This document shows, one piece after another, positions 28,501 to 41,500 of a stretch of 64,000 nt of DNA. Below the pieces are notes generated by a model. That model was not told where the DNA came from and searched no databases. It saw only the letters and a list, made by a program, of their open reading frames with translations. This stretch comes from Octopus sinensis. Taxonomy: Eukaryota. The position numbers and the translations under genes were made by a program. The stretch spans positions 170,128,001 through 170,192,000 of the forward strand of contig NC_042997.1 in assembly GCF_006345805.1 (NCBI RefSeq), written 5' to 3'. Position 1 is the first letter of the stretch. Each line of letters opens with the position of its first letter.

Positions 28501-31500
28501 GAACTGAAGTCAACGGTAGTTAACTAAAGTTGACTTCAGTTAAGTTAAATGTAACAGAAGTTAATTAGTCTGATAACGATTTCCAAAGTTAACTTCAAAG
28601 TTAAATCTTTAACGGAAATGTTAACTTTGTTAATTAATGATTAACGGTTTGGTACCCAGGTTTAGAGTTAACCATATAAATTATTGCTTTTTGTGTAGTA
28701 AATTGTTAGTTTTTGTGAATGGAGCAGAATAGTTAACAAACAAAATTTAGTAAACCATGTCAAACTGGCACTAATCCAACACTGAGGAACAACAGTTGGC
28801 ATTTCCTTCTTAATAATGGCACAACTCTTAGTAACCTATTTAGTGTTTCTGATCTGATTCTTTGACACTCTTAATGTTATGAAGTAAGTTATCAATATTT
28901 AACAATCCAGTCCTCGAATCATAGATGAAATTCGGAAGACAAAAGGACGAACACAACTCTATTTTTTGCTCTACATTACTATCTTTGGATCTTTTTGGTT
29001 TGAACGGCAGTTTTTAACATAATTTCTAGGTAACTAAAAAATTTTAAACTTCGTATACTGGTAGAATGTGTTTATAAAACATCTTTTTTTCTTGGCTTTA
29101 TTGAGAAGATTCTATAGTTTGTAAGATATTTGTTGTTTTTTTCTTCAATTTCTGCAATTTCAACCAATCACTGACGTCCATTGAGGTAAACAACATTTTG
29201 TGCCGTATGAATATGTCCCTCGTTTAAGAAACAGATTGGGTTTATTTACATTTGTGAAGAAAAAAAGAAACCCTTCCCCCCACCCTAAAATAGATTGATA
29301 CTAGGGTCATAATTTCATATGACACCAGAAAAAACTGCCATTCAAAGCGAAAAGATCCCTATCTTTTAATGTATAGAAACAGAACTATTATAAATCAGCT
29401 CACTTATTTTAACTTTTTGTCTTTTTCAGTTATGCCAAGCAATAATTTTGTTAACTGGACACAATGGACTTGTACAATCAGCTGCATTTTCAGCCACAAC
29501 AAAATGGATAGTAAGTTGTGTCTCTCTGCATATATATTTTGTTGTTGATGCCTAGCCCCTGGTCAATTCTGACTAATTAGTTCTATGATCTAAAGTATAC
29601 CAACAGAACCACCTCATCCTCTCAAACTTGCATTTTTAGGTCTATATTATCGCTTGACAACCAATGCTGGTGTATTTACATCCCCGTAACTTAGTGGTTC
29701 AGCAAAAGAAACCAATGCAATAAGTACTAGGCTTACAAAGAATAAGTCCTGAGGTCGATTTGCTCGACTAAAGGTGGTGCTCCTGCATGGCCACAGTCAA
29801 ATGACTGAAACAAGTAAAAAAGAATATATATATACATCAAATATCATTAAGTAAGGAAATAGAGATTTAATGGATATAAATTAATTTATTAACATTATTA
29901 ATAAGGCCTACAATTCTTTCAATTCACTCTCAATACAAATTACAAAATAAGTTTGCATTTAGAATATTTAGAGTAAAATACCTTCAGGACCAATGGACAT
30001 AAATGAAACTACATGTTGATTATTTAATATTCAACTGACTAAGTAGATGAGGATATGTTTAATTTTGTGAGTGTGTGTGATTGTGTGTTAACAATTTTAT
30101 ATATAAAAAAAAAAATAGAGAAAAGAAGGGAAAAAAAGGAAGCTGCATGTATAGTATGTCACTTAGAAACAGTGCTACGGATTTACCAGCACATACGAAA
30201 TTGAGACATGGCTGACCTCACACACTTCTCATGAGGAATTCTGGAAGGAGCATTGTGAGACCGCTGCTGAGACGCTTCCACAAAAAAAAAAAAAAGCTGT
30301 TGTTGGAAAACCGATTATAGCAGCGACTCCATCTAAGAATATCTGAAGAAGGAACATCATTCCAAAATATCATATCAGACTATGGATGACTAAATTACAA
30401 CAGGTATATAACCCATTGTCTGTATTATAGTGCATTATTGTACCATTCAAAACTTTTTATTATTTATATAAAATATAAAATATATATTATATCTGTTGGA
30501 GAATCTCAATTGATCAACATGTAGTTTCCTTCATGTTCATTGGCCCTGAAGATAATTTACTCTCAATTTTCAAAATGCAAACATATTTTATTCTATAGGC
30601 TTGTAATTTGTATTGAGTGTGAATTGAAACAATTGTAGGCCTTATTAAAAATGTTAATAAATTAATTTATATACATTAAATCTCTCCATTTTCTTGCTTA
30701 ATGATATTTGATATTTATGCTGAAGATATATTTCTCAACAATATAATATATTTAACCAGTGTGACTTGGTTGAAACCATCTCTATAAGAGGTTTATATGT
30801 CCTCAAAGTGACTATATATATATATATATATAGGCATCTGTGCTAGTGGAGCACTAAGAGCACCGTCTGAGCATGATTGTTGCCAGAGCAGCTAACTGGC
30901 TTCCGTACTGGTGGCATGTATAAAGCACCATTTGAGCGTGGTTGTTACCAACATCGCCTTACTGGCACTTGAAAAAACATTTGAGCAAGGTCGTTGCCAG
31001 TGCCGCTGGGCTGGCTCCTGTGCAGGTGGCAGGTAAAAAACACCATTTGAGCGTGGTCGTTGCCAGTATCGCCTGACTAGCCCTCATGCCGGTGGCATGT
31101 ATAAACACCCATTACACTCTCGGAGTGGTTGGCATTAGCAAAGGCATCCAGCTGTAGAAACTTTGCCAGATCAGATTGGAGCCTGGTGCAGCCATCTGGT
31201 TCACCAGTCCACAGTCAAATCGTCCAATCCATACTAGCATGGAAAGCGGACGTTAAACGATGATGATGATATATATATATATATATGGTGGGCTTCTTTC
31301 ACTTTCGGTCTACCAGATCCACTCACAAGGCTTTGGTTGGCCTAAGGCTATAGTAGAAGACAGTTGTCCAAGGTGCCACACAGTGGGATTGAGTCTGGAA
31401 CCATGTGTTTGGGACGCTTCTTACCACACAACCATGCCTGCACCTACAGGCATTTGTACACACATAATTGTTTTATCTTGTTTTCTTAAGAATCACAAAA

Positions 31501-34500
31501 GATGTAAATGATCAAATTTCTTATAATTTTTTTGTTTTAAATCTGCATTAAAGGCAACTGGATCTTGGGATTTTAGCATTCGAATTTGGAATTTGGATGA
31601 AGAATCTTCTAAAGAGAATGCATCTAATATGAGCCAATTGTCAAGATCTGACTTGAGGAAAAAGAAGAATCTGAAAGCTGATATATTCCCACTAAAACCC
31701 AAACCAAATCATCTTCTTCAGAAGCACAAAGGAAATGTTCATACTGTGGCATTCTCTGGAAATGATGTACTGGTAAACATATTCAATGTATAATCACTCA
31801 TACAGTAAAAAAATAGATTGAAATAAGAACAATTTATACATTTCTGATGACAATAGTACAAATAAAATACAGAAGTAATTTTTTCTTTACTGTCAGTGGC
31901 CTCAGAGCATGGTAGAGAAAAGGAAGGATAAAACCATGACTTGGGGTTTGTCTTCATACTAGAAACATCTCTGAATGCTTCAAACAGAAAGGACCCCGCT
32001 AAAAGGCATCCAGGGGCTAAAGTTAATCCATTAGCATTCAGAATACTCTGTCAAATGTCATGCCTTTTATTCACATTTGTTTTGAACTAATCAGGCATTA
32101 TCTCTTAGCTTCAAGATTTTGATGATATAATTATTTTAAAAATGACATTGTAGGGTGGCCAATTTGAACATAAAACAGGTGGAATATTTTAGCTAGATGT
32201 GGCCGTGCTCTCCTCAGTCCTCCCAATTAAACACACAACACTTGGGTTAACTAAGTTCCAGGGCAGTGGGATCAAACCTAGAAAAAAACTACATTAGTGA
32301 AGCAAACATCTTATCTAAGAATTCTAACTTTGGCACAAAGCCAGCAATTTTAAGGGAAGGGGCATGCTTATTACATCAACCCCAGTACTTGACTGTTACT
32401 TTATTGTATTTACTTTGAAAGAATGAAAGGCTAAGTTGACCTTGGCAGAAAATCTAATGAACCAGAAGAAATGCTACTAAGTTTTTTGTCTGTGGTTACA
32501 ATTTTGCTAGCTTGTTGCCGTAACCTGGTCATCATCATTGTTTAGCGTCCGCTTTCCATGCTAGCAGAAGGCTGCACCAGGCCCAGTCTGATCTGGCAAT
32601 GTTTCTACGCCTGGATGCCTTTCCTAATGCCAACCACTCTGTGAGTGTAGTGGGTGCTTTTTACGTGCCACCGGCACGCAGCGCTGGCAACGGCCACGTT
32701 CGGATGGTATGTATAAATGACTGACAATAACCTTGATGACAAATTTGTAATTTTTCCTAAATAAATCTATGCTTAGTATGGGTTGTATATTTTCTAAGAA
32801 ACTTGATTCCTTCCTCATGCTGTCTCCACCATATACCCTCCAAGCAGTCTTAGATTAAGTAAATTAACCAGGTATGCTTCTGTCTGGATCAGTGGTTCTC
32901 AACTGGGATCCATATAAGATTTTGTTGTTAAAAATTAAGTAGCAATAAATTGGTTATACTTCTACAATAGATAAAATGTTTTAAGAATTTTTAAAATTAC
33001 AATTCCTAATAATATTTAATTATAAAAATATAATTGGACTTTTTAACCACTGAATGGCTATGGAGGTCCAGTTAAATAAAATATGAATCAAAGGCATTCA
33101 TAGGCAGAAAATGGTTGAGAACCACTGGTCTAAATTATCAGGCTTGTAGTATGGACACAAAGTCTTAGTTTAAATTCTCTGTGATTCTGATTCACTTTGC
33201 TTACAAAATATGTACCAGTTGTTTACCATAAAGTCAGGCTCTGATGAAGAAAAGACATTCCACTTTTTTTTTCAGATATACTGTCTGGGACTACACTATC
33301 TAATGTATCTTTTTTATAAAGATATAATTTGAGGGATTTAACTGTTATTTTAGCAGGTCTAGAGACTCCTTCGTTGTTTAACTTTAGAGTGGCCCTAATC
33401 ATTCAAGCTACGACTAGCTTTTCCTTTTTTCAGGAATAACATAAATGTACCTAGGACTACATTATACAATTTGCTATGATTAATTCAAGCTCCCTTCATT
33501 ATCTCAAATATTTACCAGTGTAAAAACAAAAAGCACACTAAATATAATGCCCCCCTGTAGCAACTCAATGTCCTTAATTCTCTCATTTCTCATTGTGAAG
33601 GCAAGTGGTTCCTGGGACAAAACAGTATGCTTGTGGGATCCTCTGAAGGGTCAGCTACTACACTGTCTTCAAGGACATGATGGCTGGGTACAAGTTGTAG
33701 CATTTTCTCATGATAATCTCTATGTGGCAAGTGCATGTGAAGATGACACCATACGAATTTGGGTTGTTGAAAATGGGAAATGCTGCAAGGTTCTTGCGGT
33801 GAGTTCATTAACCAGTTTACAGCAGTACACATTTTTCTTTTTTTCTACGCTATCTGTAAACAGAACAGGTCTGTAATGGATTCCTAACTTGTCCATTTCT
33901 GAAACTATTAAACATTTTCTGATCTGATTAAATCTCACTATTTTTTGGTATCTCTCCATTCATCATTATAATGGATGATACATCAATTTTGCTACATGTT
34001 CAGAGAGCATTTTCACAAATCTTGGGTAAATAGTTATTCTGTTTATCCATGCTGGTATGATTTAGACAAAACTTATTCATGCAGATTTTCTACAGCTGCT
34101 CGTCAATAATCCTTACTATGGTTGTAGGGTTACAAATTGTTCCATGCTCAAACCCTCTGTGACATCTTATGAGTCTTCTAAGTCTTTAATCAAACAATGC
34201 CATGAGTGGAACTGGTAGTTGGAAACTGATAAAACACTTTGGCCTTTTGTGTAAATCTCAGCTGTTTCCTCTGGGAAGCATGTCTGCTTATTCCTTACAT
34301 GCCTATATATATGTAAATCTTTGTAATATTTACATAATTCCAGGTGGTAAACATGACAATTTTCTAAATTCACCTCCCATCAAGAAGCTTCAATCTTTTC
34401 TGTGGAAAATTTATTGATGTGGAGATATGATTAAATAACAGACAAGTATATTAACATATTCAATTGCTCTTTTTTTGCAGACTAAAACAGAAACAGTACA

Positions 34501-34579
34501 GCTGTGTGTTTTCACTCCACATGGTACTCTTGTAACATCAGGAACTAACAGTGCAACAAGTTCCTGCCACACACATTAA
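22097..34579 (+). CDS. WDR38: WD40 beta-propeller protein, WDR38-like, complete, 332 aa
   Basis: Exons 22097-22162, 23177-23297, 24051-24167, 25090-25187, 29430-29510, 31554-31772, 33601-33798, 34481-34579 sum to 999 nt in frame; in-frame TGA just upstream of the ATG. Motifs [44 protein letters not shown] and GKCCKVL follow recalled human WDR38 repeat by repeat. AATAAA at 34585-34590. Confidence 0.85.
22538..23075 (-). mobile_element. 3' fragment of a restriction-like-endonuclease non-LTR element (R4/Dong/NeSL-like)
   Basis: Minus-strand ORF 22625-22915 with [19 protein letters not shown] and LQIQSII..VKICK; ends at a (CATA)n microsatellite. Confidence 0.7.
26189..26568 (+). mobile_element. 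tRNA-derived SINE, family A
   Basis: GGCGCAGGAGTGGCTGTGTGG..GGTTCATTCCC head; collinear with 4689-5058. Partial copies at about 29650-29824 and 37353-37606. Confidence 0.82.
26748..26976. mobile_element. TTAA-type MITE, second family
   Basis: AACCCTTTTGTTAC ... GTAACGAAATGGTTAA; highly similar copy at about 1890-2084. Confidence 0.7.
28987..29358. mobile_element. MITE with 8-bp TSD and GG termini (Merlin- or MULE-like)
   Basis: TIR GGATCTTTTTGGTTTGAACGGCAGTTTTT / AAAAACTGCCATTCAAAGCGAAAAGATCC; TSD CTATCTTT on both sides. Confidence 0.8.
29836..30712. repeat. Long inverted repeat (arms about 29836-30038 and 30492-30712), probable Penelope-like pseudo-LTR relic
   Basis: Arms are diverged reverse complements; the spacer holds a decayed hammerhead motif; (TA)n on both sides. 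Confidence 0.8.
30833..31271 (+). mobile_element. RTE 3'-tail repeat
   Basis: Same family as 895-1291, with (GAT)n tail, between (TA)n runs. Further copies near 19310-19563 (+), 32529-32708 (-), 43863-44009 (-) and 46900-47248 (+). Confidence 0.85.
32890..33127. mobile_element. hAT (Charlie-like) MITE
   Basis: TIR CAGTGGTTCTCAAC / GTTGAGAACCACTG; degenerate 8-bp TSD GTCTGGAT / GTCTAAAT. Confidence 0.82.
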
Positions 34580-35050
34580 AGCAAAATAAAATTATACAAA
34601 ACATAAAATTACTTGTTCCTTATTGTTTCAGTCTACCACTCACAACCAACAAAAATCTCAAATCACAGGAAAATTCACCACTTATTTTATATTCCTTATG
34701 CCTATCTAGAAAATAACTGCAAGAGATCAAAATAGATTATATAACACTATTTAGTGATGTTAATGACACCCCCACACCAAAATCTGTGACCATGTGTTTA
34801 TGCTATTAATTTCTATATGCGAAGTAATCAAAGTTTGAAACTGAACATTATGTATGAAGAAAATTTGCCCCGACACCATTTGCGTTAATTCATTTAACAG
34901 TTGCACAGCCAATTAAATGGCAGAATGGTTCTACTAAGCAAGAAAACAGTTTACAATTTTGGTACTTCTAACATCAATTTTAGGAAAGGATGAAAATACA
35001 ACAAAAGAACATTTTATTTTCCAATTTCAATTTATCTTAAAAGAATACAT

Positions 35051-38000
35051 TTACTTCTTCTTGGCCACACCAACAGTCCTACCACGACGACCGGTTGTTT
35101 TAGTGTGCTGACCTCGGACACGCAAACTAAAAACAGAAAAGAAAAGTTTATCATATAAAACCACATTGTGATGTTTCAACAACTTCAAAACATATGCATG
35201 AGAATTCTTACATTTCATTAAAAAAGAAAAAAACCCACAATAGTCATTATTATTGCAGTATTAAGTTCATGGACTTTTTTTCAAATCATGCTAGATGTAT
35301 GTCTCTAGAGAGGAAACACCCGAAATCTTGTTAATCAAACTGCAGTTAAGATTTATCCAATTATATAAAACTATCAAACAAACCAGGGGCATGAGATTCT
35401 ATTCTTGCTTTCAGAACAAAATTATTTTTTTTTCACTCCATTTAAGCAATGATTCTAGTTTCCCCAATAAAAAAAAAATGGATACTACTATCATGGCAAG
35501 TAGACTAACAATATTTAACAGATTTCTTCAAAATATCTGATTAAGTTCTCTTATAGATAAGTTATCCATGTCAGCTAAACATATGCAATTTACTTTTACA
35601 CAACCAGACTCCTCCAACGTGTAATCTTAGCATATCAGCAACATGCTATCTTAAAACATTTCCAATAAAAAATATACTGACCCCCAGAAATGACGCAGAC
35701 CACGATGAGCTCTGATCTTTTTTAACCGCTCCAAATCTTCACGCAACTTGTTGTCAAGAGCATTTGCCATAATTTGACTGTATTTTCCATCTTTAATGTC
35801 CTTCTGTCTGTTAAGGAACCAGTCAGGAATTTTGTACTGACGAGGGTTTGACATGACTGTTAAAACTCTATCAACCTGAAATAAAAAAAACAAGCAGCAT
35901 TACTAACACAACTCTGAAATAGTTTAGTTGACATCAAAGAATGATTATAGAAAAGGCATTATCCCATCATGAATAGTTGTCAGATTCAATTTAGATGCAG
36001 GCAACTACACTGTAATGAAGTCAAATTATCAAAAGCTAAATTTTTGGTTCATGAATAACAGATCCAAAATGAAATTTACATTTGACTAAATTATGAATTA
36101 TATGCACAAGGTTCCTAGGTATAAGCTTTCTTTATCTCTCCCTTTTAGCTTGCCCAAGATTTGTACTGCTTTCGCCTCACTCATCAATCAGCATTGAAAA
36201 TCCATGGACAATCTTTCGTTTTGACTCGAAATAATGTAAACAATGAATTCGGTCGTTTCCGTGACCACATGTTGTCTTGTCAACTGTCAGTTGGGAAGAG
36301 AAAGCTAATGGGTTGTGTGTGCGCCCTTATTCTTGTTCTTCTGTGTATGTGTGTGTTGGTTCTGTTTTTATGTATTTATATGTTGTGGAATGTAGAAATA
36401 ACACAGAGGAACAAACAAGTCAAAACGAAAGATCGCCCATCCATGTCCTGATGGATCTTTTCACCCACCAGCACTATTGAGATTGTTTTATGCCAGTGGA
36501 TAAGGGGAATGAGACACAATGCATGTTCGTGTAGGGGAGTTACATAGCCACTCAAACTTTCTAGAAAAGGGCGAGAAATGGAAAACATATACAATTCTTC
36601 ATAGGAAAATAAAGAAAAAACTGGAATTTTTACCTCCTCTTCTGTCATTTCACCAGCACGTTTATTTAAATCAATATTGGCCTTTTTACAAACTACATTG
36701 GCAAATCGTCGTCCAATACCCTAAAGAAAACAAAACAGCGTAAATTTATTCGAATGAACAAACATTAAGCATCAAATCCAAAACGTTTTAGAGAGAAAAA
36801 AGCAGCAAAAATTAAGTGAAATGGCTGCAAATTTCAAGCCCTACAAAACTCACCTTAATGGCAGTAATAGCAAACATCGACTTCCTACGACCGTCGATGT
36901 TCGTATTCATAATACGCAGAATATGCTGAAACTTCTCTGGGATTACGAGCGACTGAAAGTAAAAAGAAAACGTGTAAATTTAATAGTAGAGAGGGTTGGA
37001 TAAGTAGTACCCAATTCTTTAGTTTGGTAAATTCGCAGCTAACTAGTTTTGAGGCTTAAATCATTCTTTCTCATGTAGGATTTTACAGACGCCGATTTGG
37101 GATTGTATATGCGATTTATTACAAGCATTTGCATGAATAGTTTAACCATGTAACGGAAGACTATATTAACAAACCCTATCTTAATTAAAAACAATATGCA
37201 ACACAAGCCAAAATGTACGTGTGGAGCATTTTCATTCGTGATAAAGTGTGCTTTACATGATCTAAACAAAATTCATCGCGCTACTGTTTTGTTCAATTCC
37301 AGATCACTGAGTCAATCAATAAAGGTGTTACAACGATTCCCTTTTTATTTAGATCTTGTGAGTGAATTTGGTAGACGGAAACTGAAAGAAGCCCGTCGTA
37401 TACATATATATATGTGTGTTTATCCCTCCAACATCGCTTGACAACCGATGGTGGTGAGTTTACGTCCCCGTAACTTAGCGGTTCGGCAAAAGAAACCAAT
37501 AGAATTTACGTTCTGAGCTTCCAATGAATAAGTCCTGGGATCGATTTGCTCGACTAAAGGCGGTGCTCCAGCATGGCCAGTCAAATCATTGAAACAAGTA
37601 AAAGAAATCCAGCGGTCTTCCCAATAACCTCGATGGCTTTCGTATACAAACAGAAACCATCATACAGTTTTTTCTAAAGAATAAACAATGCTACAGATGT
37701 TTTCAAGTATTAAATATTTAACAAGGGCAGTAATGTTTAATTCAATTTAGTTATTCCACCCGACTATTCATGTGTGGACGACGAAACGAAATCCTACATG
37801 TTGCTAAAAGGGAGCACGGCTTCCGAGTGGTTTAAACGAAGTATTGTAATATTTAATTTTACAATTTATATTAGATAATATTAATATGGTAGGTAAAAGA
37901 CCTGCTGGAAGCTCAAACTACAGTGGACTAATGAAGGGTTTTCTTTAAAAAAGCACTAGAGAACGGTGCGTGGCAGCAGAATAACTTTCTCAGGTTTTAT

Positions 38001-38512
38001 CTCTTACAGATTGAAGTTGAATCTGTACGGGCTTTGTGGGTGGAAATTTTTAATAATAGGATATTAGTAACTTGAAAACCAGAAATTTCAAATTCAAGCA
38101 ATAATTTCACCACGTGAAGAAATTGTGCTCCGTATACTTTACAGATTAATCTAAGGCAATATTCCAGGTGCACGAAAACACCAGTTTTCTTTTAGTGAGA
38201 GAAATAAATTCGATAAAAGGAAATATAAGCAATATACAATACAGTGAAGTAGATATATTCATTAAAAAAATGTACAATTTTGTTTGAAAATAAATTTATG
38301 GTAGACATGATTGCTGGGACACAAATGTAAGGCGGTAATATTTTAAGTAATACTCAGTAATAAATAAACAATTGATTGTTACCATAATATTGAATCTTGC
38401 ACAAAATGGATATCAAATAGTAAATACGACGTTTTTCTTGAAGATGAATTCACTAAATTATTAAGATTATAAAGGATAAAAGCAGAGATATATCGAATCA
38501 CCAACTTACCAT
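35051..38512 (-). CDS. RPS18: 40S ribosomal protein S18 (uS13), complete, 152 aa
   Basis: Minus-strand exons 38510-38512 (ATG only, then GTAAGT), 36854-36952, 36634-36720, 35682-35875, 35051-35126 total 459 nt. Translation [22 protein letters not shown]...[12 protein letters not shown]...[21 protein letters not shown]. Minus-strand AATAAA at 35013-35018. Confidence 0.98.
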
Positions 38513-38561
38513 GGTTGCAGTTTACCGGAAAAGGAAGTTTGATTGTTCACGTGACTTAAAG
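38513..38561. promoter_or_regulatory. Bidirectional core promoter and 5' UTRs of RPS18/VPS52
   Basis: 49 bp between divergent ATGs. Minus-strand TOP/TCT-like tract CTTCCTTTTCC at 38527-38537, ETS-like CCGGAA and GGAAGT, palindromic E-box TCACGTGA at 38547-38554, YY1-like AAGATGG over the VPS52 ATG. Confidence 0.8.
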
Positions 38562-41500
38562 ATGGATACCACAGCAGAAGACACTAATGGAGAAGAGGTG
38601 GGACAATTCTGTTTTGATATTATATGACTGCCTTGCTTTATTGTGTTAAGTAGGAATAAATTATATGTCTGTTATCAACATCTGTAAAATAAATATTATA
38701 ATTCTTTGTTATTTCTTGCAACTGAAATGTGCAAACACGTAGTTGTACGTAATGTGAATGTACATGTAATGTTTTAATAATAATAATAAAGTCTGTCAAT
38801 TTGTTTGTCTTGCAATGTTAACTGGCGATAGCATTGGATGTAAATACTTATAAGTCATTTAAATTTTATTTATTGAAAATGATACAATCAAAAAATCCCT
38901 AATTGTTTATGTATTGTTATCGTTTCAGTTAAAGACATACACTTTCATTTAATTGAAAGCTTGTCATACAAATGCTATGTTCTAAACTAGTTTAAGATAT
39001 TAAAATCAAGCGTTCGGGTATCTCATCACTTTTTTATAGAGTAGAGTTTGTTTTAAGGAAAAGTTGGTTGCTGTCTCTCATCGGCCCAGAAAGCCCTGTT
39101 TTAAAAGCAAGGGTTTGGCTTTTTGTTTACGCAACAAACAGTTCTGATTGTTTATTAATAATACTGGTACTTTAAAAAAAACATTTTTCACTTCTGATCC
39201 AAGACAAAATTGTTACCGCAGCTTGCGTTATCCATTACAACCACCTTCCACATAGCTTTCATTATAAAATGTGAAAAAGAAATAATTGCATATAGAGCAG
39301 TGGTTCCTCACCTGCAAGTACCTGCAAACCCCATGGGGGGTGTGAGAAGGCATTTCAGGATTGTATGACAAATAGGGAGAGTATATACTTTATTAAAATT
39401 GCTGTTCAAAATAAAATTATTTACTAAATCTTCAAAATAACTTTATTTTATTGAACACTCACCGAAATTTAATTATTTTTTAAAAATATGTATATAGAGA
39501 AAAATATATTTAATTCTTTAGAGATTACGACTGAGCGCTGTGTCCTTGTTCCATTTGCCACGGCATACTTATTGGATTTAGTTCTCGTTTATTAATTAAA
39601 CAAAACCTAAGAATTGTTTGATCGGCAAGCAGACTTAGGGGTCGTAAACAGGAAAAAAGTTCCATGTTTTGATTAAAGTCACTAAAGAAATCATTGAATT
39701 TAATGTTCACTTAATATGGGATTGATGTAGTTAGCAAGATTCTTGACATGAACTCGTGCGTTGGAACAGATTTTGTTGTATCTTACGAGGGTCATTATGT
39801 CCATAATAAACATACGCACTGTTTTTATTTCAATCCTTGTATTATTATTGTTGTTGTTGTTATTATTATATATAGAGAAGAAATAGTGTTAATGAACAAT
39901 CGTTAACAATATATCCAATAATAAAATTATTTTACAGCCACTTTTTTAAGGTATTAAAATAGGATACAACTAAAACATGATGATCATGGCTAGAGTGCCT
40001 TTGATCATAGGTCTGCTTGATCTGGAGCTAAACAGCACTTAACATCATTTCAGTTGTTTGTATCTATGCACACACAACGAAATTAGTCTAGTGTGTTTGT
40101 ATGTACCATTCCTTAGCATCACCACTACCATATAGTATATCCTGCAACAAACACCAATAATAGGCTGTTGTTCAATATTTTCATCTTATCTGCATGAATC
40201 CATTTGGAGAAATATGTCTGGCACTAGTGAACACACTTTTGGTTGTCCTATTTCTCCCGTAGAGGAACTGAGCATCATTTGTATTTTGAGACATAAAAAT
40301 AGAAAGTTTGCTGGAATGGATTGTAAACAAAATAGAATTTTGTTTACAATCTTTCCAGCAAACTTTCTAACAATGTTTATTTAAAAAATTTGCTCCTGAG
40401 TTTTTCCCAGAAGAACTGTCATCATCTAGTAGCACCATGTATGTTTCCTTGCTTATCTGTAATTTGATCTACAGTTATGCATCCCGATTCATAGTGGAGC
40501 TTGTAAACTACAAAGTTATAGCTACAATCCTAAGCAGGTTAATGAATTTAATGAATAAAAGATAAAAGAAAAATTTGAAGATCAAGTAGAAATATATGTA
40601 GATCAGATTTGAGAATGTTAGATGATGGATGTTTGGAATATATAGGCTGATGTACTTCATGCCTCTTTAATTTGTTGCGAAGCTGGAGAAGGAAAAAAAA
40701 CCTGATGTTGAATTGATAATGATTTTCATAAAAATAACACTGATGCAACTGAGTACAAAATAAATCTACTGTCTTTAATGAAGCTTTTCTAAAATATATA
40801 TTTATTCCATAGGGCCTTGGAAATTTTGATGTGGTCCCTAATCTTGGAGTTTTAGACCTTACTTCAGAAGATTTCCTCCTGGATGAAGTTGATTGTAAGT
40901 CTCTCTCTATGTTGTTGTGTATTTACTTTCAAAGATTATTATATCTTTGGATTTTGAAATTTTTAATTGATTATTTTCAAAACATATATGCTGATGATGA
41001 ACATTGCATTCATTTTTCCTAGAAATTAATAATAAGGAAGTAAGAAGTTTTTAAAATTATATGGTTTTAGCCAATTGAAAGCCTCCATTGCTGACATATT
41101 TGAAAGCCTCCATTGCTAAAGTTGCAACTGTCATCTTGGAGATGAGCACAAACAAAGATAAGGCAACAAAGATGAAACTCTTATGTGGTTTCTCAACCTG
41201 CAAAAAAAATAGCAGCCAAATCTTCCTATAACTACAAAACAACATCTGATAAAACAAAAAGGATGGCACATTATATAACATAGTTAGGGTTAGACTGTTT
41301 CTGAAAATAAGCTGGAATTGGTTTGAATGCTATTGATCACAGATATACTTCAAAAATTGTATTTTTTTAGCCATTCATAATTAGAGTACCAATGCATCAT
41401 AATATGGACCTAAGTTCATACTGACTCTAAATATGATTTTTATATGTAATCATGAACACATTGTATGTATTAATGACAAACATATTCAGCATATTATATA

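Noticed and set aside
36160-36192. Minus-strand UGAUGA..GAAA hammerhead-like string
   Set aside because: Core begins with U instead of C, stem II has 2 bp, and stems I and III do not pair.
35127-38509. Intronic snoRNAs in RPS18
   Set aside because: No properly spaced box C/D pair seen on the minus strand. A hairpin near 35570-35640 has its ACA about 24 nt from the pocket and no room for a 5' hairpin. An Infernal scan would be needed to exclude snoRNAs.
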